Shown here one piece after another: positions 7,922 through 16,765 of a DNA stretch of 48,016 nucleotides. The DNA is taken from the IMG/VR virus record IMGVR_UViG_3300044492_000085, positions 1-48,016 of that record; one strand, written 5' to 3'. Numbering within the stretch: position 1 is the first letter of the stretch; every line of letters starts with the position of its first letter. Origin of the DNA: a virus. The notes below the pieces were generated by a model that was given only the letters and a program-made list of their open reading frames with translations, was not told where the DNA came from and searched no databases. The position numbers and the translations under genes were made by a program.

Positions 7922-9523
7922 ATGGGATCGGAATTTCTCACCTACCAGCAGGATCCATCCTGGGGCAGCTTAGCGACCAACATCGCCAAGAGCATCGCCG
8001 GCGCGCCGAAGGCGGCGCTGGACCAGAAGCTGACGGTCGAGCACATCGTCGCGCTGCGACAGAAGCAGGCCGAGGACAAAGCCAAGTTCGACGCCGCCGT
8101 CGCCGCCGGCGACACCGCGGCCGCGGCGATTGCCACTGCCGGGCCGCCACAGAGCACCCGCGACATCCCGATCGAGCAGCAGGGGCCGGTCAATCCGGCC
8201 GACCCGACCACGCAGCCAGGCGAGACCTTCCTGCCGCCGACCTCCTACCAGGAGAAGTACGTCGATCCGAAGGTGGCCGAACGCTACAAGGCCGAGCTGC
8301 CGTTCTTCCAGGCGACCGCACGGGCGCAGGCGCACCAGGGCGCCGGCGACCTGGCTGGCGGCTATGCCAAGGCCCGCGTCGGTTTAAGCGGCGCGCCGGC
8401 CGACCAGGACGAACAGAACCGGCTGCAGTTCCTGACCACCGGCCGGTTCCGCACCGGCGAAGAGAAAAGCGTGCCGGCGGCGCACACGCTCGCGGTGATC
8501 GGCATCGACGGCCAGCCGACCGGGCAGCGGGTCACCACCAACAACAACAAGACCGAGCTTGGCACCAACCGGCCGCTGTTTGGACCCAACGGTGTGGTGC
8601 CGCAAGGTCACACGCTGGCCACCACCGGACCTACGGATCTTACGCCGAAGCTGGATGAATCCACCGCCCGCGAGCGGCTGGCCGTGATCGCCCGGCAGAG
8701 CGTCGGCCGCGACCTCACCCAGGCCGAGCGCATGAACATCGCGATCTTTGCGCCGACCGCCTATCCATCCTCGCGCGTGCTCGAGGAAGCCAACGGCGTC
8801 AAGCAGGAGAAGTACGTCCACACCCAGGAGATGCCGCCGCATGTGGTCGACCTGCTCGGCCGCGGTGGCATGCTGTCGACGTCAGGCACCGGGACGCCGG
8901 TCGATCCGAATGCGTCACGGGTCACCGGCAGCCTGGCGGGAGATCCGCTGGACATCTCCGACCGCGTCATGCGGACCCAGGAGGTCAAGGACTACCTGTC
9001 AGCAATACCCAGCTACAACTCACTGATCGAGGCCACCAACCGGCCGATCAACAACACCACCGACCTGCAGATCGTCTACGCGATCGCCAAGCTGTTCGAC
9101 CCGGGCTCGGTGGTACGCGAAGGCGAAATCAAATTGACCCAGGGCGCCGGCACCATGGCGCAGCAGATGGCGGCGCTCTACTCCAAGCTGTTCACCGACC
9201 AGGGCATGATGAGTGCGGAGACCCGCGCCAACCTGATCGAGCAGGGCTACGTCCGCATGAAGGAGTACGAGCAGAACCGCAACGTGGTCACCGATCACTT
9301 CCGCGACACGGTGTCGAAGAGCCGCGGCGTCGACCCGAACGTGGCGGTGCCGAAGATGCCGGAGATGCATCCGTTCGATAAGGAAGCCATCCTGCAGCGG
9401 GGCCGGGCCGTAGATCCAGCCGCCGCCACCGCAACACCAGCCACTGGCGCGCGGCGCGGCGCTGCCGCCCCGGCAGTGCCGCCGGTGGTCCAACGCGGTA
9501 ACGAAGCATTCGGAGTGCAGTGA
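7922..9523 (+). CDS. Putative internal virion / ejection protein
   Basis: 533-aa ORF in the block between the nozzle-like gene and the large core proteins. No recognisable domain. Confidence 0.45.
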   Translation: MGSEFLTYQQDPSWGSLATNIAKSIAGAPKAALDQKLTVEHIVALRQKQAEDKAKFDAAVAAGDTAAAAIATAGPPQSTRDIPIEQQGPVNPADPTTQPGETFLPPTSYQEKYVDPKVAERYKAELPFFQATARAQAHQGAGDLAGGYAKARVGLSGAPADQDEQNRLQFLTTGRFRTGEEKSVPAAHTLAVIGIDGQPTGQRVTTNNNKTELGTNRPLFGPNGVVPQGHTLATTGPTDLTPKLDESTARERLAVIARQSVGRDLTQAERMNIAIFAPTAYPSSRVLEEANGVKQEKYVHTQEMPPHVVDLLGRGGMLSTSGTGTPVDPNASRVTGSLAGDPLDISDRVMRTQEVKDYLSAIPSYNSLIEATNRPINNTTDLQIVYAIAKLFDPGSVVREGEIKLTQGAGTMAQQMAALYSKLFTDQGMMSAETRANLIEQGYVRMKEYEQNRNVVTDHFRDTVSKSRGVDPNVAVPKMPEMHPFDKEAILQRGRAVDPAAATATPATGARRGAAAPAVPPVVQRGNEAFGVQ

Positions 9524-11616
9524 TGGCCGACACCCTGGAAAGCCTGGTGCAGTGGGCCACCGAGAACCAGCACCTGAAAGGCACGCCTGAGTTCCAAGCC
9601 AAGACCGATCAATACAAGCAGCTGCGGGACGGCGCCGTGCCAGCGCCGCCGGCCGGCACCGCGGCCTCGGCACCGACTGCGGAACCGACACCAGCTCCGG
9701 CCCCGGCTGCAGCTCCGGCCGCGCCAGGCGATCCCTATTCCTTCTACAACACCACGGCGCGGATCGGCGCCGGCGCCGCCACCGGCTATCCCGACTTAGC
9801 GATCGCGCTCGGCAATGCCGGATCCCGGGCCGGGATCTTTCCAGAGACCAAGATTCCCTACCTCGGGCCGATGGCGTTGGAAGCGGTCGGCGGCCAGCCG
9901 CTGCCGGCCGATGCCAGCACCACCCGGCAGCTGCTTGAGGCTGGCGCTAGCGCCCTGCTCGGCGGCGGCGGCTCGGCGATCGCCCGCGGCATTGCCGCGG
10001 CGCCGACCGGCCTGCAGGCGATCCGCGCCGCGCTGACCCGGTTCGGCACCAGCACCGTGGCGCCGACCGTCGCCTCGCACTACGGCGCCGACGTCGGCGA
10101 GAAGATCGGCCGGGCCGCCGGCGTTGACCCGGAGACCAGCGCGCTATTCGGCGCGATCCTCGGTGGCGGCGGTGCCAGTGCCGCCGGGCAGGCGCCGCGC
10201 AGCTACATTGACTGGAAGTACCGCGGCATGGGCCGGCCGGAAGCACCGCAGATTGCGCAGGCGGCGCGGGTCGAGGGCGTCCAATTGCCGGCCAGCGCGC
10301 TCGGCAACGACACCATACGGATGCGGGAGAACGCCAACGCCAACCGTTTCGGCGCGTCTACCTTCACCCAGAATCGCCGCATGACCGCCCGCGACCAGAC
10401 CGGCGGCGCCTGGGACGACATGGCCGACAACAGAGGTTCGCTTAACCCGACGCCGGCGCCGGCCGACATCGGCGCCGCGGTTGCCGACATCGCCCGGACC
10501 AACGCCGACGACCTGCGGACGCGGGTGGCGGCGCCGCAGGAGGCCCTGGCGCAGACAGTCGGTCCGGGTAGTCCAGCGGAATGGCTGCCCGTACTCAGCG
10601 CGCTGCGGCAAGCGTCACATGAAACCTACGCCGGTACGGCAGGGCCGTTGGAAGCACGCATTCGGGCGATTGAAAGCCGCCTGCCGGTCGATGCCCAAGG
10701 CAACATCATCGACACCCGTGGCACCTACAACCAGGTCAAGGACTTCCGGTCCGACACCAGGATCAAGGGCGAAGGCTACGACCCGATCCCGAGCCGCTAT
10801 GCCAGCCAAGCCGAGGATGCCGCCACCGGAGTGATGCGCGACACCGCCGACCAACAGGGCGTGCCACCGCAGACCTTCGACCGCGTCCAGGAACGCTACG
10901 CCGCGGCGATGGGCGAGGGCGGGCCGCATGAACAGCTCACTGCCGTTGCCGATAACGCCCGCACCAATGCCGCGTCCGGCTACAACTACCTCAAGCAGGG
11001 TGAGCAGGATCCGACCCGGCTGCGCATGCTGGAAGCCACCAGCCAGCCGGTCGCACGCGGGCAGGGGCCGTCGCCGCTCGACCAGACTTTCGGTGACTAC
11101 CTGCGCCTGCTCGGCAACCAGACTATCAACAGCCCGAACCAGGGCGCACCGGGGCCGCGGCAGCTTGCCACCCGGGTCCGGGGCATAGCGGACGAATCGC
11201 TGGATGTGATAGCAGGCCCGCAACGCGACCGGGTCGACCGCCTGGCACTGATCGCCCAGGCGCTGAACCAGCCCACCCGCCAAGGAGGGCTTGGCCAGAC
11301 CATGGGCAATCTCAGTCAAGGCGTCGTCGGCGGTTTGACTGCCGGCGAGGTCGGCGGCCAGATCGGCAGCGCGGCCAGCGCCGTGACCGGCGTACCCGGC
11401 GGCAACACCGCCGGGCGGATCGCCGGCTACTCGCTCGGGCCGATCCGGCGGGCGATCGGCGGCCGGATGATGCAGTCACCGACGGCGCTCAATGCGCTGG
11501 AGGGCCAGCCTTTCCAACGCGACTACACCATCGCTGACTTAGCGGCAGCGATCACCGCGGCCTCGGCAGCGGCATCCGGGCCGGGCGGACCACCACAGGC
11601 GGGGCCACGACGCTAA
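9523..11616 (+). CDS. Putative internal virion protein (T7 gp15-size class)
   Basis: About 697 aa from the ATG at 9523 (TGATG overlap; the track ORF begins with GTG at 9520). Gly/Ala-rich segments. Call rests on position and size. Confidence 0.45.
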   Translation: MADTLESLVQWATENQHLKGTPEFQAKTDQYKQLRDGAVPAPPAGTAASAPTAEPTPAPAPAAAPAAPGDPYSFYNTTARIGAGAATGYPDLAIALGNAGSRAGIFPETKIPYLGPMALEAVGGQPLPADASTTRQLLEAGASALLGGGGSAIARGIAAAPTGLQAIRAALTRFGTSTVAPTVASHYGADVGEKIGRAAGVDPETSALFGAILGGGGASAAGQAPRSYIDWKYRGMGRPEAPQIAQAARVEGVQLPASALGNDTIRMRENANANRFGASTFTQNRRMTARDQTGGAWDDMADNRGSLNPTPAPADIGAAVADIARTNADDLRTRVAAPQEALAQTVGPGSPAEWLPVLSALRQASHETYAGTAGPLEARIRAIESRLPVDAQGNIIDTRGTYNQVKDFRSDTRIKGEGYDPIPSRYASQAEDAATGVMRDTADQQGVPPQTFDRVQERYAAAMGEGGPHEQLTAVADNARTNAASGYNYLKQGEQDPTRLRMLEATSQPVARGQGPSPLDQTFGDYLRLLGNQTINSPNQGAPGPRQLATRVRGIADESLDVIAGPQRDRVDRLALIAQALNQPTRQGGLGQTMGNLSQGVVGGLTAGEVGGQIGSAASAVTGVPGGNTAGRIAGYSLGPIRRAIGGRMMQSPTALNALEGQPFQRDYTIADLAAAITAASAAASGPGGPPQAGPRR

Positions 11617-14576
11617 TGGCCTACATGGACGAACAGGCGCTCGAGCGCGAGAAGAGCAAGCAGACGATGATCGCCGGCAAGCAGCCGCTGCTCGGCGATG
11701 ATACTTCGCGTGCGCTGCACGCGCTCGGCGTCAACCTGGGTGTGGTGCCACCCGGCACACAGCCCAGCCAAATGACCCAATTCCTGGAGCGCATACTCAA
11801 GGGGCCGAGCGCGAAAGACATCCACGTAGACGAAACCAAGCCGCTGCAGGTGCAGCCGCTGGTCGGCCAGGTCACCTCGTCGCTGCAGCGGCCGATGCAA
11901 AGCGACGACAGCATCGGCGAGACAATCTCAGGCGGCTTCGGCGCCGCCAAGGACAAGGCGCTGCAGCAGAAGCTGCAGGCGCAGCAGCAGGTGAAGCCGC
12001 CGACACCGCCGGCCATGCCGGAGCGACCGCCCGGACCGGGCGCTAATAGGGCCAGGCTCAGGGCGCCGGTCGAGCGATCGGCCGAAGGCCCCGGCTACCA
12101 GGCCGACCTCGCCTTCCTGCAGGAACGCGGCGGCCACCATAGCGTGCTGAAGGACGGCAAGATCGTCGACGCGCCGCTGACCGCGGCCGGCAGCTACCAG
12201 GGAATTGATCCCGAGCTAGCCGCCCGGCTGCGCGCAGCTGGCGAGGCGTTCGAAAAGGAGAACCCCGGCAAGCGGGCGCAGTACGGCGAGTTCTCCCGCG
12301 GCGCCGACGTGCAGCAGATCTACCGCGACAAGTACGAGGCCGGCACCGGCGGCATCGCTGCCAAGGCCGGCCACTCCCAGCACCAGAAGGGTAGCGCCGG
12401 CGACCTGCCCGACAGCCCGTTCCGGCAGTGGCTGAACGCCGGCAACCAGGACAAGTTTGGCGTCCACTTCCCGGTCAAGGGTGACGCGCCGCACGTCCAG
12501 ATCAACCCCGGCTACAAAGGGCAGCCGTTCTCGGCTCCGGCAGCATCCGCGACATCCGCGACATCCGCGACACCGGCGGCTGGGCCGAACGGTCAAGTGT
12601 CACTGCACGCTGGCGAGCATCCAGGCATGGACGTGCTGACCAACAAGTCGATCCCGGCCGGCGAGCGGTTCAACAATCCGTTCAACATGTGGCACGACGG
12701 CTACGCCGGCGCGCACGGCGGCAAGCCCGGGATCCAGATCACCCAGCACGACACCCCAGCGGTCTACGCCAACAAGGAAGCCGGCGCCGCGGCGGCAATC
12801 CAAAAGATGGCGCAGTCGCCGCTGTACTCCGGCAAGACCATGCAGGACATGATCGGTACCTGGGTTGGCCACGGCACCAGCTACGCGCCGCGGATCGAGG
12901 AATGGACCGGGATCTCGCGCAACACCAGGATCACACCGGAGTTCCTAGCCTCGCCGGACGGACTGAAGTTCCTCAAGGCGATGGCGCGATACGAGACTGA
13001 TTCCTCCAAACCGTACAGCCTGACCGACGCGCAGTGGGAGAAGGCCCGCGACGTCGCGTTAAACAATCCTCCCACCCTGCCGAACTCGATCGACAGCCGG
13101 CCGGCTGGCGCCAAGCTGCGGGCGGCTACCGCCGCGGCCAAACCACCGGCTGCTGCTACCCCAGCTCCTGCACAGGCTCCCGCCCAGCCCCCGCAAGCTG
13201 AAGCGAAGCCTGCGCCGGCTGCGGCTCCGGCGGCGGCACCCACGCCAAGTGCGCCGCCGCCGGGTGCTGCTGCGATCGCGGCGACCGAGGCGGAAGCATT
13301 GCTACCGGAAGACCCAGCGGCGCCGGCCGAACCCGCAGCTACCCCAGCTCCTGTGGCCGCAGCACCTCTCCCCGCTGCGCCCGCGGTGGCAGCGGCGCCG
13401 GCCAAACCTCCGGCGGCGCCGCCCCCTGCGCCGCCGCCGGTCGCCAAGCCGGCGCCGCCAGCCGCGCCGCCGGTCAACCCGGCGCACGCGCTGCTCGACA
13501 CCAAGGTGATCGAGCTGGTCAAGCGCGGCGACCCCAGCAAGGTCAGTCAGGTGCCGGACTTCATCGGCAACAAGACCCTACGCGAGGCATTGAACACACC
13601 CTTTGTCGGCAGCCAGATCGCCGCTGGTGTGCAGCCCTACCTGCCGAAGATGGGCATCACCCAGCAGCAGTTCGACGCCGCGGTGAAGGAAGGCGCGCCG
13701 AAGCCGGCGGCAGTCGGCAAGCGCAGCAACCTCGACCTCGGCACCTCGGGGGCCACCGACTTCAGCGCCAGCAAGCGGATGGCGCCGGCGCCCGCGGTGG
13801 ATCCCAACGCCCCGACGCTCGACCCGCTGCAGCAGAAGCCCGTGCAGAACGAAGACGGCTCAATCTCGACCGTGCGAACGATCGGCGTGGAGGACCAAGG
13901 CAAGGAGGTCAACATTCCTACCGTGCCGGCCGAGGGCGGCCGCGTAATGTCTGACGCTGACGCGCGCCAGCGTTACGTAGAAACCGGCAACCATCTCGGC
14001 AAATTCGACACGGTCGAGCAGGCCGGCGCCGCAGCGGAGAAGCTGCACCAGGACGAGGCGGCACGCATCAGCGAGCAGCCGAAGGGCCAGCAAGGCGCGA
14101 TGACGCCGGAGATCGCCCAGGCCCTGACCGACGTCTACAAAGACCAAAGCCGGGTTGCGCCGGATCCGAGCCCACCACCGGCTGATGCCATGCCGGTGCT
14201 TCCGGCGCAGCCTGCCACGCCCGCCGGTGGCGCCGCCGGCGGGCTGTCTCTTGCGCCGCCGGGATTAAACTCGATCCCGACCGGCGCGGTGGCACCGGGC
14301 GCGCCCGGCAGCCAGGGCGGCAGCATAGCCTTGGCGGGTGTGCTGCCGCCCATTGAGAACAGCACCTACTCGAGCCCGCTGCTCAACCAGACGGCCGCAT
14401 CTGGCTCGACGATCGGCGGCCTGTCGCCGATCTCACCGCAGGTTCTCGGTGGCTGGGGTTGGGGTGGCGGCAACATCGGCGCCGGCCTCGACTGGGGTGG
14501 CGGCGGTGGTGGTGGCTTCGACCTCGGCGGTGGTGGCGGCTTTTCTATGCCGTCATTTGGGACTGGCGGTTGGTAA
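11616..14576 (+). CDS. Large ejection / internal virion protein with a peptidase M15 (LAS-type) cell-wall hydrolase domain
   Basis: 986 aa with a TAATG overlap. The motifs EFSRGADVQQIYRD, GHSQHQKGSAGDL (SxHxxGxAxD) and GDAPHVQ match the VanY/M15 zinc-peptidase signature. This is followed by an NNPFNMW...TMQDMIGTW domain, an Ala/Pro linker of about 125 aa (13098-13481) and a Gly/Trp-rich C-terminus. Confidence 0.7.
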   Translation: MAYMDEQALEREKSKQTMIAGKQPLLGDDTSRALHALGVNLGVVPPGTQPSQMTQFLERILKGPSAKDIHVDETKPLQVQPLVGQVTSSLQRPMQSDDSIGETISGGFGAAKDKALQQKLQAQQQVKPPTPPAMPERPPGPGANRARLRAPVERSAEGPGYQADLAFLQERGGHHSVLKDGKIVDAPLTAAGSYQGIDPELAARLRAAGEAFEKENPGKRAQYGEFSRGADVQQIYRDKYEAGTGGIAAKAGHSQHQKGSAGDLPDSPFRQWLNAGNQDKFGVHFPVKGDAPHVQINPGYKGQPFSAPAASATSATSATPAAGPNGQVSLHAGEHPGMDVLTNKSIPAGERFNNPFNMWHDGYAGAHGGKPGIQITQHDTPAVYANKEAGAAAAIQKMAQSPLYSGKTMQDMIGTWVGHGTSYAPRIEEWTGISRNTRITPEFLASPDGLKFLKAMARYETDSSKPYSLTDAQWEKARDVALNNPPTLPNSIDSRPAGAKLRAATAAAKPPAAATPAPAQAPAQPPQAEAKPAPAAAPAAAPTPSAPPPGAAAIAATEAEALLPEDPAAPAEPAATPAPVAAAPLPAAPAVAAAPAKPPAAPPPAPPPVAKPAPPAAPPVNPAHALLDTKVIELVKRGDPSKVSQVPDFIGNKTLREALNTPFVGSQIAAGVQPYLPKMGITQQQFDAAVKEGAPKPAAVGKRSNLDLGTSGATDFSASKRMAPAPAVDPNAPTLDPLQQKPVQNEDGSISTVRTIGVEDQGKEVNIPTVPAEGGRVMSDADARQRYVETGNHLGKFDTVEQAGAAAEKLHQDEAARISEQPKGQQGAMTPEIAQALTDVYKDQSRVAPDPSPPPADAMPVLPAQPATPAGGAAGGLSLAPPGLNSIPTGAVAPGAPGSQGGSIALAGVLPPIENSTYSSPLLNQTAASGSTIGGLSPISPQVLGGWGWGGGNIGAGLDWGGGGGGGFDLGGGGGFSMPSFGTGGW

Positions 14577-14815
14577 TTAACGGTGACCAGACACCACCGT
14601 GCCGGTGCTCTGCATCGGCACGCACCGTGTGACGTAGCCGAGGTCAGTCGTCCGCGATGCCTCGAGGCACGCCTCTTTGCTTGGGTATCCGGTGATTGCC
14701 CAGACCGATCCTATTAACAGAACCCACAGCATCATTTAGACCGCGCAAAATTTTTTTGCATTTTTGAAGCTTGGCCCGGCGACGTTTCACATGCACGCCG
14801 CCGGAGCCAGCAAAG

Positions 14816-15490
14816 TCAGACCGCCAACAGTCGCGCCTTACGGCGCCGGTGGAGTCCGACCAAGCCAAACATTCCTGCAACCAAGGCAGGCAGTCCGGTA
14901 CCGACCGCCGGCAGCGGCACCGCCGCAACCTGCGGCGCCACGTCGATACGGAAATGCTCGAAATCAGTAATCGAGCCACCCGCAACCCGAAGGTCAACAT
15001 CCCAGATCCGCTCGCCATCGATAGCGCGAAGATCGAACCCGTTCTGGCCGTTCTTCAGAACGCTGCTGAAGAAGAAGTTCATGAAACTGCCGTCTGCTTC
15101 CAAGGCCGTCGCACGAATGAACAGGGTACCTGTTCCCACGATGGAGAAGATGTCCCGCGTGGTCGTAAGCTGCGTGAGGTTATTGCGATCGAAGACCGTG
15201 ATATCAAGCTCGCTGGTATTGACGATCTTGATGTCGTTACCGTTGGCTGCTCCAGAGAACAGACCAGCCAATATGCCGCCGTCAGGGTTGAAGGCCGAGC
15301 GATCCAAGAACCTTACGACCTCATCGTTCTGACCGTTGAGGCGGCCAAGGATCAGGCCAGAGTTGGCGATGTTAGTGAATATCACGTTATTGCCGGTGCC
15401 ACCGATCCCGGTCTCGTCGAGCAAGATGGTGGCCTTAGCAGGCACAGTGAGTAGAAGCGCCGCCACGGCGGCGCCGAGCAGTTTATTCAT
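14816..15490 (-). CDS. Secreted protein with a C-terminal VPLPA/PEP-CTERM (exosortase) sorting signal
   Basis: Signal peptide MNKLLGAAVAALLLTVPAKA. The C-terminus, AAVPLPAVGTGLPALVAGMFGLVGLHRRRKARLLAV, has the motif, hydrophobic helix and basic cluster. The antisense 227-aa ORF looks like Arg-rich junk. Confidence 0.75.
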   Translation of the reverse strand: MNKLLGAAVAALLLTVPAKATILLDETGIGGTGNNVIFTNIANSGLILGRLNGQNDEVVRFLDRSAFNPDGGILAGLFSGAANGNDIKIVNTSELDITVFDRNNLTQLTTTRDIFSIVGTGTLFIRATALEADGSFMNFFFSSVLKNGQNGFDLRAIDGERIWDVDLRVAGGSITDFEHFRIDVAPQVAAVPLPAVGTGLPALVAGMFGLVGLHRRRKARLLAV

Positions 15491-15681
15491 TGGGGTGGTT
15501 CCTCTGTTGGGTGTTCGTCGACAGGTTCAACATTAACAGTCTTCTTGACCTTCGCCTTCGACCTATACGCTTTATTTTTATTGGCCTGCGGATCGGTTTT
15601 CTCCGCGATCTGATTGCGGACACGATAAACCTTCGCATCCTCCATCATCAGCTCGCGCAGCTGGGTTTCCGGGTCGGCCAT
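15487..15681 (-). CDS. Small charged protein, first gene of the leftward switch transcript
   Basis: 64 aa with an ATGA overlap to the downstream VPLPA-CTERM gene. No Shine-Dalgarno sequence; a -10-like TATAGT ends 8 nt before the ATG, so the mRNA may be leaderless. Confidence 0.5.
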   Translation of the reverse strand: MADPETQLRELMMEDAKVYRVRNQIAEKTDPQANKNKAYRSKAKVKKTVNVEPVDEHPTEEPPQ

Positions 15682-15696
15682 TGTACCCGACTATAA

Positions 15697-15711
15697 TTCA
15701 ACTATTTTGAG
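15697..15711. promoter_or_regulatory. Operator-like dyad O1 (TTCAACTATTTTGAG)
   Basis: Reverse complement is CTCAAAATAGTTGAA, one mismatch from the perfect dyad at 31756-31770. It lies in the spacer of a leftward TTGTAT-N16-TATAGT promoter-like element. Confidence 0.5.
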
Positions 15712-15726
15712 ATACAAGCTTGCACC

Positions 15727-15741
15727 CTCAAAAATGTTGAG
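15727..15741. promoter_or_regulatory. Operator-like dyad O2 (CTCAAAAATGTTGAG)
   Basis: Perfect CTCAA-N5-TTGAG inverted repeat, 30 bp from O1 centre to centre. It lies within the spacer of a rightward TTGCAC-N17-TAGGAC element just upstream of the Cro-like gene. Confidence 0.5.
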
Positions 15742-15755
15742 ATAGGACTGATTCC

Positions 15756-15986
15756 ATGACGACCCTACGAACGACATCTGAAATCATCGACGCGCTCGGC
15801 GGCATCGAAGCGATGGCTGAGCTAACCGGAACTTCGGAGAACGGCGTCTACAACTGGCGAGCGGGAAAGCAATTCCCGGCAGACACTTACCGGCTACTCA
15901 AAGATGAACTGAAAGAGATCGGCCACGATGCACCTGACCATCTATGGCCTATGCGAACAGCTCCGAAAAAGGCTGCGAAAAGGTAA
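15756..15986 (+). CDS. Cro-like / YdaS-like helix-turn-helix regulator
   Basis: 76 aa. IIDALGGIEAMAELTGTSENGVYNWRAGKQFP fits the small Cro/YdaS HTH pattern. It sits next to the divergent promoter region that carries the dyads. Confidence 0.6.
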   Translation: MTTLRTTSEIIDALGGIEAMAELTGTSENGVYNWRAGKQFPADTYRLLKDELKEIGHDAPDHLWPMRTAPKKAAKR

Positions 15987-16001
15987 TGCGTCCGCGGTCA
16001 T

Positions 16002-16030
16002 GCTGCGCCGGGTGATCTACCCGGCGCAGC
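16002..16030 (+). terminator. Perfect 12-bp hairpin after the Cro-like gene
   Basis: Arms gctgcgccgggt (16002-16013) and acccggcgcagc (16019-16030) with loop gatct. No U-tract follows, so it may be an attenuator or an RNA stability element. Confidence 0.4.
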
Positions 16031-16056
16031 AGCTTCACAACAGAAAGGCGAAAACC

Positions 16057-16476
16057 ATGAACGCACCTCGGCAACAGACACGTCCGCTGCCCGACGTCGA
16101 GAACGACCATCGTGTTGCTGCATTAGCGAAAGTCACGCAGATGCACGAAGACCTGATCAACGCCCAGAGCACCATCAGCCAGATGCGGATCGATTTGAAC
16201 CGCGAGCATGACCGGGTGCAGATGATGGTCGAGGAACGCGATCGCTACCGCCACGAATCCCTGCGGTTGCACAAGATGCTGATCGAATTGACCACGCAAA
16301 TGGCTAATATTGGGTTGCTGACACGCCGGGCCGAGGATTTCGTCGCCAGTGTCAACGAACTGGATAGGTCACCTACTCCGACCACCGCGGCGCTCAACGA
16401 GCTGGCCGCCGACCTCGACGTCAAAGCGCCGCCGGCCAAGCGGAAAGAAGTACTGGAAGGCATATCACATGACTGA
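16057..16476 (+). CDS. Hypothetical early protein (coiled-coil)
   Basis: 139 aa from an internal ATG with a GAAAGG RBS. The upstream part of track ORF 15928-16476 overlaps the Cro-like gene and the hairpin. Confidence 0.5.
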   Translation: MNAPRQQTRPLPDVENDHRVAALAKVTQMHEDLINAQSTISQMRIDLNREHDRVQMMVEERDRYRHESLRLHKMLIELTTQMANIGLLTRRAEDFVASVNELDRSPTPTTAALNELAADLDVKAPPAKRKEVLEGISHD

Positions 16477-16765
16477 AATCTTCAAAGTTATCAAAGGCGA
16501 ACTGGACCCGGACGCCACACTGAAAGCGGGATGGGCCGCGTTCGCCGGCAGCCTGCGCGAAGCCGGATCCGGCGAAGACCAGATCAGCGCCATGCGATCG
16601 GCCTATTTCATGGGTGGCGCGCAGGCGTTCATGAGCATCGACGCGGCGGCGAAGATCGGCCTGGCCGAGCTGTCCGCGGTCATGAACCAGATGTTCAAGG
16701 ACGTGGACGAGGAAATGACGCGCAACGCATCAGCACTGCTGCAAGACACTCAGGGGAGCGCCTGA
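16469..16765 (+). CDS. Hypothetical early protein
   Basis: 98 aa (MTEIFKVIKGELDP...). The start overlaps the upstream stop by 8 nt. No recognisable domain. Confidence 0.5.
   Translation: MTEIFKVIKGELDPDATLKAGWAAFAGSLREAGSGEDQISAMRSAYFMGGAQAFMSIDAAAKIGLAELSAVMNQMFKDVDEEMTRNASALLQDTQGSA

Noticed and set aside
14577-14815. Candidate bidirectional terminator between the late operon and the moron: GTGCCG...CGGCAC at about 14600, the palindrome TGCCTCGAGGCA at 14659-14670, and GGCCCGGCG...CGCCGGAGCC at about 14774-14808.
   Set aside because: The stems are short or bulged and lack adjacent U-tracts on the relevant strand. I noted only the degenerate copy of the 18-nt motif here.
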